DNA from: Eledone cirrhosa
Taxonomy: Eukaryota
Reading direction: 5' to 3'
Length of the DNA stretch: 64,000 nucleotides
NCBI GenBank assembly: GCA_964016885.1
Contig: OZ024751.1
Span: 17,174,001-17,238,000 of the forward strand
Part shown: positions 53,845 through 64,000 of the stretch, in pieces
Position numbering within the stretch: the first letter of the stretch is position 1
Layout of the letters: each line of letters begins with the position of its first letter
Translations under genes and position numbers: made by a program
Notes under the pieces: model-generated
Told to the model about the DNA's origin: nothing
What the model saw: only the letters and a program-made list of their open reading frames with translations
Databases searched by the model: none

Positions 53845-54094
53845 TGTATAGTAATAATAATTATTTCTAATATAGGCACAAAGCCAGCAATTTTGTGGGG
53901 AGGGTAAAGTCGATAAAATCGACCCCAGTGCGTGACTAGCACTTTAGTTTATCGACCCCGCAAGGATGAAAGGCAAAGTTAACCTCGGCGGGATTTGAAC
54001 TCAGATCATATAGGGCCGTAACTCTATACTGCAAAGCATGGAGTTCGACTCTACCGATACTGCCGACCCACCGCCCTTGTATAGTAATAATAAT
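53845..54094 (-). mobile_element. SINE, long subfamily, with 17-bp target-site duplication
   Basis: TGTATAGTAATAATAAT at 53845-53861 and 54078-54094. Confidence 0.92.
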
Positions 54095-54157
54095 AAATGT
54101 GAAGACTAAAATGTGCAGCGATTCTTTGCTTAAACTTTAATCTGTTATTTTAATATA

Positions 54158-55600
<1,443 letters not shown>

Positions 55601-55636
55601 ATACACTGCTGTGTATGTTTGTGTATAGAAGATTAT

Positions 55637-55937
55637 ATTAATAAAAGGAATTCCAAATTTGTCTGATTTACTCGTTTTATTTACAATCCTTTAAAATTAT
55701 AATGATATTATAATGAAATTGTGTGGTAGAATATTAAATGTTTAGTGCTAATTGAACAAGTACTTTCATGCTTTCGCAATCTTCAGATTCATATTCAGTG
55801 GTGACAGCCATGTTTGCAATTTTCAACAGCTAACATTTAATATTCTACCACACTATTTCATTATAATATCATTATAATTTTAAAGGATTGAAAATAAAAC
55901 GAGTAAATGAGACAAAGTTGGAATTCCTTTTATTAAT
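55637..55937. repeat. Fold-back, about 105-bp arms
   Basis: 55637-55743 is the reverse complement of 55832-55937. Confidence 0.88.
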
Positions 55938-55994
55938 TTATAAATATAGAGAGAGAGAGAGTGAGAGTGGAGGCGGGGAGAAGATGAAGTTGGA

Positions 55995-56285
55995 AAGTTA
56001 TTGAAAAAATAAGAGGGACGAGTTTTATAATGTATATAAAGTATTACCGGTGTCGATGTATTATTAAAATTTCTCAGCATGGAAGATGAAAAAGAAAACT
56101 TTCCTCTTAATTTTAAATCTATAAATTTTAGTTTTTAATTCTTATTAATTCTTTTTAATTTTAATACTCAACATTTGATGAGATGAATTTTAATAATACA
56201 TCGAAACAGGTAATACTTTATATACATTATATACTTTATAAAACTCTTTTTTAAAAGAATTGTCCCTCTCATTTTTTCAATAATG
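55995..56285. mobile_element. Fold-back with damaged hammerhead
   Basis: Arms about 55995-56072 and 56186-56285; TTGATGA-GATG..CATC-GAAA-CAGG-TA at 56175-56212. Confidence 0.65.
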
Positions 56286-56423
56286 TCACTTTGACGAATC
56301 AAAAATAGGAAAAAAATGAAAAACAGACCCTAAAATATATTTTCCCTGCTATTTCCAGCTTCACCTCTTCTCTATAACTAATGTTTTGTATAGAACCTTA
56401 CTTCCCTTTTCCAATATATATAT

Positions 56424-56545
<122 letters not shown>

Positions 56546-56631
56546 GGTGTTGGATGCTTAAAGCGTCCGTATGCAGTAGGCCGCATGAGCACTCGATGGT
56601 CTCATAGAACAGAGTATGATATCACAGGAAA

Positions 56632-56836
56632 AAAGAGAATCAGTGTTGCGACGAATGGAATTTATTGGACATATTACATAGGAAAATCTGCTTCGTAGAA
56701 TCAAGACGTATCTGAGGACCTTGCGATTTTCAGAGTCAGGTTCGATCATCAAATCGATCGTGCCTCGAGTTTGTCGCCAGAAAAACGTTTGTAATATGTC
56801 TAATAAATTCCATTCGTCGCAACACTGATTCTCTTT
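56632..56836 (+). mobile_element. Fold-back with hammerhead (56705-56800)
   Basis: Arms 56632-56678 and 56790-56836; GACGTAT-CTGAGGA...GAAAAA-CGTTTG-TA-ATATGTC, 7-bp helix I, then AATAAA. Confidence 0.7.
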
Positions 56837-57501
56837 GTTGCTGTGCTATATATATATATATATTCTAGATGTTTCTAGTAAGCATCCATGTGAGATTTGT
56901 TGAGGTTTCACTAAGTCAATCTCGAGAAACTTAACACATGTTATTTATGGCAGAAGTCTCTAAAGAGTAATCTAAATATATTCATGTATGTGAGAGTTGA
57001 AATATGCCACAAAAATATTTCTAATTTAGACACAAAGACAGCACCTTTTGAGAGATGGGGCTGTCGATAACACTCACCCCGTTATTTTACTACTAATTTA
57101 TTGTATCAAGGTTGAAAGGATGTATCACAAATCTGACCTCGAAACAAATACCGCGAGTCATTTCTCCGATTCATTAACAACTCTCCCAATAAATATCCCT
57201 TTCAAAGACCTCAATATAACTTTAGATTTACTTTCAAGTGATGCCGTTGCAAGATTCCTTGGTAAATGCTCCATTTCATTAACAGAGGTGAAACTAGGAT
57301 ACAAAAGAGATAAATTAATTGCACCTCCTGCAGGTTTTTGTAGAATACAGAATTTCTTAATACAGAGAAGATAAAGCAGATGTAATGTGCTTAGTTAAGT
57401 TTGATATGATTTTGAGTCGATCGCATCAATAATTGTGAGAAGGTTATTATTAGGAACATATCCTAATAATAACCTTCTCACAATTATTGATGTGGTCTTC
57501 A

Positions 57502-57680
57502 TTGGCAGTATCGGTAGAGGGTCTGACGCCATGCTTTGCAGCAAAGAGTTACGGCCCTTTATGGTCTGAGTTCAAATCCCGCCGAAGTTAACTTTGCCTT
57601 TCATCCTTACGGGGACGAGAAAATAAAGTATCAGTAATACTGGGATAATTTCTGGCTTTGTGCGAAATGTAGAAAAAATT
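57502..57680 (+). mobile_element. SINE, short subfamily
   Basis: Family match. Confidence 0.88.
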
Positions 57681-57988
57681 AGTAGGAACATGTCACTTAC
57701 AAACATTTGACAAGATGGTGTACAAAATAATCGAGAGCGTAAAAAATACACACACATGTACGTCAGGTCCAGACACAGAGGAACCGAACTCCTACTGTCA
57801 CCGCCTCCGTCCCACTCGCCCTCCCCATCTCTCACTATTATGAGCAAATGGGGTGCCACACGCTAGCCACGCTACGGTTCCTGTGGACAGTATAAGTAAA
57901 GACCAAATGAAACACACACATATATAATATATATATATGGAAGTGAACCATCAAGACCGTTGAGGTATGATATACATCAATTCATGTA

Positions 57989-58050
57989 TTTTATCTGACG
58001 AGCACGTACTTAAAAAACACCACAGTACCTTCGAAATATATATAATAAAA
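57989..58050 (+). ncRNA. Type I hammerhead ribozyme, canonical core
   Basis: TTTTAT-CTGACGA-G-CAC-GTACT...AGTAC-CTT-C-GAAA-TATATA-TA-ATAAAA; the base of helix II is partly mismatched. Confidence 0.7.
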
Positions 58051-58119
58051 CATATATTTTGATTATTTGAATGTCTTCATTTATTAATATTCTGAATAAT
58101 ATATCTATATACATATATA

Positions 58120-58171
<52 letters not shown>

Positions 58172-58195
58172 GATATATATATATATATATATATA

Positions 58196-58791
58196 TACTT
58201 ATATTATAGATAGATAGATAGATGTAGATATACTTATATATGTATCGTGATATAATACAGGGAGGAGTGCGGGACTGCGTCCTGAATATATATTTTTTAA
58301 ACCGTTAGTAAAATAAGTTAGATTATTTTGAATAAATAATGAATGAATATTACATAATTTTTGTATTACATTTCGTAGTTGTTGATTAAACATAAATATT
58401 CTTATATGTAATGATTGCTTATTTTAAAATTCACTTCTTATAAAATTTCAAAATGTCTACACTTCAGGTTAGGTGTCATAACACTTATCACATCACTTAT
58501 GTAAACATTCATATGTTTGCATCGTTATATAAGGTTTATATTTCTCGCTAATTTTCTACTTTTTCGTTTTCATTACATTTCACCGTTTATATATAATATC
58601 CTCTTTTTAAAATGTATCATGGATTACTTTACCGATTAGAGCAGGCAGTGTAACACAGTCTCTCTTCAATTTCTATGCATATTATCAATTACGATTTTAT
58701 TTGACATATCATATCTACATGTATGTATAATTTCATATAATATCACTACACATGCTAGCAGAAAAGGCACCCGGGGTGGCTTTTCTGCTAG
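58196..58791 (+). mobile_element. Non-autonomous Helitron-like element
   Basis: Ends CTAGCAGAAAAG-GCACCCGGGGTGG-CTTTTCTGCTAG-T as at 30424-30460, with internal similarity to 30229-30310. Start approximate. Confidence 0.6.
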
Positions 58792-58854
58792 TATATATAA
58801 GTATATGTATTAGATAGATAGATATAGATATACTTTTATAAGTATATATATAAG

Positions 58855-58886
<32 letters not shown>

Positions 58887-58925
58887 AATATACGTATATA
58901 TATATATATATATACACATATATAC

Positions 58926-58999
<74 letters not shown>

Positions 59000-59010
59000 C
59001 AGATATATAA

Positions 59011-59055
<45 letters not shown>

Positions 59056-59096
59056 TATATAAGTGTATATATATATATATATATACAGATATATAA

Positions 59097-59155
<59 letters not shown>

Positions 59156-59200
59156 TATATAAGTATATTTATATATATATATATATATACAGATATATAA

Positions 59201-59269
<69 letters not shown>

Positions 59270-59277
59270 TATATAAG

Positions 59278-59313
<36 letters not shown>

Positions 59314-59336
59314 TAAGTATATATATATATATATAT

Positions 59337-59547
59337 GCTCACCGACATCCAGAGTTGACATTGCACTCAGTGCTCCTTTGGGAGCCCCTACATGGACACA
59401 CTAGAAGAGGAAGACCAAGGTTAACATATGTTGATGCCCTAAGGACAGACACTGGTCTGTTGGAGATGCAGGATATGGCAGCGATAATGAGGGACAGAGA
59501 CCGCTGGAGAGAACTCGTCCATGGATCTCGGGAATTTTACCCGCCTT

Positions 59548-59549
<2 letters not shown>
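59337..59549 (+). mobile_element. 5'-truncated RTE/RTE-X LINE 3' end inserted in (TA)n
   Basis: [47 protein letters not shown]: GRP and DRxxWR motifs of RTE C-termini. Confidence 0.85.
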
Positions 59550-59620
<71 letters not shown>

Positions 59621-59642
59621 CAGATATATAAGTATATATATA

Positions 59643-59723
<81 letters not shown>

Positions 59724-60403
59724 ACTAACAAACTATCCTCTTGCATTATCTTCGTAAACTGCCGATGTTGTATTTTAGCTTTAATTTTTGTTTTAATATG
59801 ATTTTAATTTTTGAATTTAAATTGCCATGCAAAAATATTATAAGGGATGCCACCCCACTGTGCATCGATATATACATATGTTTCTGTATGTCTCTTGTGT
59901 TGGAAAGGAGGTCATGTATGTAAACAATCATTGAAAAATTGCTCCGAAGACACCAAACCTCGGTTTTGACGAAACAATTGTAATCTAATAAATGGTTTGA
60001 ACAGAACTTTGATTCATGTGATTTCTATATAACTGCTCTACAGAACAACTGATGTTATTACATTGAGCTATTTATCTTACTGGTAATAAGATAGTAATAA
60101 ATTACTGTCTTTCACTGTTTAGGGTTTAAAATATATATAACTATAAAAAGTTTTAGTATATACATAACCATAAATAGTATCCTTGATACTATAAATATAT
60201 ATATATATATATAGATAAATCTACCAAAAGTTTACGGTAGTGTCCAATCCGTATGAAGAACTCAATGTAATCCGGATATCATGAAAAGAGCAGATGCATT
60301 CAAAAACTACTTTCGGTGAAAAATAAACGGAAAACAGAGTCAAGATAAAATATTTAAAAAATAATGAATAAACAAAGAAACAGTTCCTTATATTAAAAAA
60401 ATC

Positions 60404-60545
60404 TCATTATTTTACGATCGTTTCTAGGATATATATGTGTTAGAGTTGGTATGCATATTCTATAGATCTATGTACAATATTTATACAAACTATCAGAGGG
60501 AATATACATACCTTCACATATATATGCTGTCTTCAGAAATAATGA
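60404..60545 (-). ncRNA. Hammerhead ribozyme, inverted copy of 62667-62808
   Basis: Same core and helices on the minus strand. Confidence 0.75.
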
Positions 60546-60795
60546 TACTTGTTTATTGATAAGAACAAAGATTCAATACAATAGGTCTGTTTGGGAACAG
60601 GTTTTGAATTGACCAATCAGGAGATAGTGAGGGTCAAGATAGTGATATTAGGAGAATCTTAAATTATGGGTAGAGGAAGGTAGATTTCAGTTTTGGATGG
60701 AAAAGAGTATTATAAATGAAGGATTAATTTAGGGAAGAAGTAGGTCATATGTTGACCTCAGAAATAATTTTATTTGTTCATTGAATAAAACATCT

Positions 60796-61041
60796 AATAC
60801 AACATCTCTAGCTGAAAAAATTAATAGTTATAGAAAGAGGAATATAGAATATGACCTGACCTGGAGTGTGCTCAAAAGGGCCACCCCTTATCAAAATAGT
60901 AGAAATGAATGTAGATTGTGTTCCCAAGAACTTTTCAAAATAATGAAATCTAAGGATATCCTATTAAATAAGCGACAGGAATTAATAATATCGTGTAATC
61001 ATAAACTGAGAAAAACATTTAAATATTATAAACCTAATTAA
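60796..61041 (+). pseudogene. PLE GIY-YIG endonuclease C-terminal fragment
   Basis: TSLA..IEYDLTWSVLKRATPY..CRLC..E..LLNKRQELIISCNH matches the WxILxxAxPY..CxLC..LLNxRxE..CxH pattern of invertebrate PLEs. Confidence 0.8.
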
Positions 61042-61533
61042 TATACACTTTAGAAATTAATATATAAATTAATTTTAATTTAGTTAACCTATAATTAATA
61101 TTCTACTACAGATGAATTACAAAATTCTGCTTTAAATATTATAAATCTAATTAATATACACTTTAGAAATTAATATACAAACTATTTTTAATTTAGTTAA
61201 CTTATAATTAATATTCTACTACTGATGAACTACATAATTTGGCTTTCCTTCTTACAAATATCATTTCCTAAAACTGATACCATTAAGTAAACATATGTAA
61301 TTATTTTTTATTTAGTTAACCTATAATTAATATTCTACTACTGATGAACTACATAATTCTGCTTTAAATATGATAAACCTAATTAATATACACCTTAGAA
61401 ATTTATATATAAACTATTTTTATTTTAGTTAACCTATAATTAATATTCTACTAATGATGAACTACATAATTTGGCTCTCCTTCTTACAAATATCATTTCC
61501 TAAAACTGATACCATTAAGTAAACATATATAAT
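61021..61533. repeat. AT-rich tandem repeat in the PLE 3'UTR (about 113-bp unit, about 231-bp higher-order duplication)
   Basis: TAGTTAAC.TATAATTAATATTCTACTA occurs four times. Confidence 0.85.
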
Positions 61534-61730
61534 GCTTTAACTTCAGGTTATGACTCTATGTTCCTTGAAACCTATATATATTTACTATTTCCCACTAATA
61601 AATTTAATCCCCCCCCAATAATTATATGTATATGTAAGTGTGGATGTGTGTGTATATAAGTGTGTATGTATGTATGTGTATATGTATGTGAGTGTAAACA
61701 AAAATATATATATGTATGTATATATATATG

Positions 61731-61781
<51 letters not shown>

Positions 61782-61909
61782 ATATGTGTGTGTATGTGTA
61801 TGAGTATATATATATATATGTCTGTGTGTGTGTATGTATATGTACATGTGTATATGCGTGTATATATATATATATATATATGGGTATATATTTGTGTGTG
61901 TATGTGTAT

Positions 61910-61949
<40 letters not shown>

Positions 61950-61991
61950 ATGTGTGTGTATATGTATGTATATATATGTAGGTACATATAA

Positions 61992-62035
<44 letters not shown>

Positions 62036-62666
62036 TTCTTATATTCTTTTAATCTCCCCTCATCCTTAACAGCACTTTTCAACTGCATCTAATTCTTATT
62101 TATCACATCTATATGTATTAGTATAATTTTATCAATATAAATATACCCATCAATTAAATTAATTTTATATCCTTTTCATAGATGTATTTTTTTTTCATTA
62201 ACATCCTTATCTTAAAACTCTGGTCACCTTAGATATTTGTATTGGCATTACTATTTTATAACAGCAACTGCTTGTATACCTTCTACTGACCACCTGACCT
62301 AGTTACACCCCTAAAATAAGTTTCAATTACTACTATTTTACCATTTGGCCAATTATTAACTTTCTATTGGTTAATTCTAAACCTCTTACCAAACAGACAG
62401 AATATATTTGATCTTTGTTGGTTTTATTCAATGAACAAATAAAATTATTTCTGAGGTCAACATATGACCTACTTCTTCCCTAAAGTAATCCTTCATTCAT
62501 AATACTCTTTTCCATCCAAAACTGAAATCTACCTTCCTCTACCCATAATTTAAGATTCTCCTAATATCACTATCTTGACCCGCACTATCTCCTGATTGAT
62601 CAATTCAAAACCTGTTCCCAAACAGACCTATTGTATTGAATCTTTGTTCTTATCAATAAATAAGTA

Positions 62667-62808
62667 TCATTATTTCTGAAGACAGCATATATATGTGAAG
62701 GTATGTATATTCCCGCTGATAGTTTGTATAAATATTGTACATAGATCTATAGAATATGCATACCAACTCTAACACATATATATCCTAGAAACGATCGTAA
62801 AATAATGA
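62667..62808 (+). ncRNA. Type I hammerhead ribozyme with about 105-nt extended helix II
   Basis: TCATTATTT-CTGAAGA...GAAA-CGATCG-TA-AAATAATGA (9-bp helix I); helix II ATATATATGTG/CACATATATAT and GGTATGTATATTC/GAATATGCATACC. Confidence 0.8.
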
Positions 62809-62998
62809 GATTTGTTTAATATAAGGAACTGTTTCTTTGTTTATTCATTATTTTTTTAATATTTTATAAATATATATATATGCATATATATATATAATAT
62901 ATATATATATATGCATATATATATGAGTATATGTATAAAATATATATAACTATAAAAAGTTTTAGTATATACATAACCATAAATAGTATCCTTAATAC

Positions 62999-63040
<42 letters not shown>

Positions 63041-63179
63041 TATATATATATGAGTATATGTATACACACTCACACACACACATATATATAAAGGACATTT
63101 TTTTAATGGATATTTATTAAATATGCGTGTGTGTTCCTCACACCTGCCATATGTTCTGCAGTTATTTAATAATTAATTT

Positions 63180-63560
63180 TGCTTCCTTGCCTTTTCTCCA
63201 TTGTTTCGTGTGATTCCGATATTATTTGTTGCCATAATCATTCCCAGTTTGAGTCCGGAGTTGTCAGCGAGTATTAAGATATTCCTTGTTTGGTGTTTTT
63301 GCTATTTTGTTTTTCCTGTTTTCATGATATTTAACATATCAAGACCTTCCTTTTCCAGGGTCTTTAACAACACTTTACGTTTAGTTTTTTGCCTTTTAAT
63401 AATTAATGTTGTTGTTTTTCTCTTTAAAACTGTATGCAATTTCAACCGCTTTTTGTTTTCGAATGCATTGAGTTCCTTCAAGCCAGAATTCCTGTTGTAT
63501 GGTGCTGCGTAACATTCCATACCCTTGGTCATTGCGTATACACTTTCATGCATAGAGAAC
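63180..63560 (-). pseudogene. Possible degraded RTE-type LINE C-terminal region
   Basis: GMECY..KELNAFENK resembles the GxExW..LxAFE motif; stop codon and heavy decay. Confidence 0.3.
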
Positions 63561-63671
63561 ACACTACTAAGCTAAATGTTCCACGTAGTAATTCTATATA
63601 CAAACATCCGTTTTATTATTATTTTTCGTTATCAGATATTTGTTTATTTTTATGTTACGAACGTTATATAA

Positions 63672-63960
63672 TATGAGGGTCGGCTGAAAAGATTATTGGC
63701 TGAAAAATGTTATAGGCTGACCAAGATACTCTCATGGAATGACTAAATGAGTTTTATTTTTCAACAATACAATTATTAATAAGAACTGAAAACTATTCAT
63801 GCTAACCAAAATACTCTCACGGAATCACTAAATGAGTTTTATTTTTCAACAATACATCTATTAATAAGAACTGAAAACTCTTATAGGCTGACCAAGATAC
63901 TCTCATGGAATGACCAAATGTTTTTTTTTTCTTTTTTCATCAATGCAGTTATTAATAAGT
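63672..63960 (+). mobile_element. Tc1/mariner-type terminal sequence with 3 x about 85-bp tandem amplification
   Basis: TA-TGAGGGTCGGCTGAAAAG start; unit TATAGGCTGACCAAGATACTCTCATGGAATGAC; inverted match at 27845-27872. Confidence 0.65.
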
Positions 63961-64000
63961 AGAATTTAAATTAATACATGCAAGATTTCACAGCTCTGCC

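Larger units (their letters stand above)
60213..62867 (+). mobile_element. 5'-truncated Penelope-like element with inverted pseudo-LTR
   Basis: 60345-60791 is the reverse complement of 62421-62867; endonuclease C-terminus at 60796-61041; a hammerhead in each arm; both ends in (TA)n. Confidence 0.85.

Noticed and set aside
61100-61470. CTGATGA motifs in the AT-rich tandem repeat as hammerheads
   Set aside because: No correctly placed GAAA/NUH or supporting helices.

Overview
Very AT-rich, microsatellite-saturated animal DNA. The SINE repertoire points to an octopod cephalopod (inference). I can identify no complete protein-coding gene, and nearly all ORFs in the track are (TA)n/(CA)n/trinucleotide artefacts. 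The window is built from mobile DNA: about 20 copies of a tRNA-derived SINE, 3' fragments of R4/Dong-type and RTE-type LINEs, non-autonomous Helitrons, a mariner-type end, and many Penelope-like (PLE) remnants sitting in (TA)n tracts, often as fold-back pairs. The most notable signal is a dense set of type I hammerhead ribozyme (HHR) motifs. I can fold 9 by eye with canonical core and all three helices, about 10 more are damaged, and an 8-copy palindromic family carries half-motifs. One intact HHR lies in a non-coding, roughly 482-bp-period direct-repeat unit with a 5' inversion (32521-33310), a candidate retrozyme. Two others show compensatory base-pair changes. Weak host-gene hints are a TATA+Inr on the minus strand near 17.4 kb and a few small candidate exons. 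All folds and alignments were done by eye; no searches were run.
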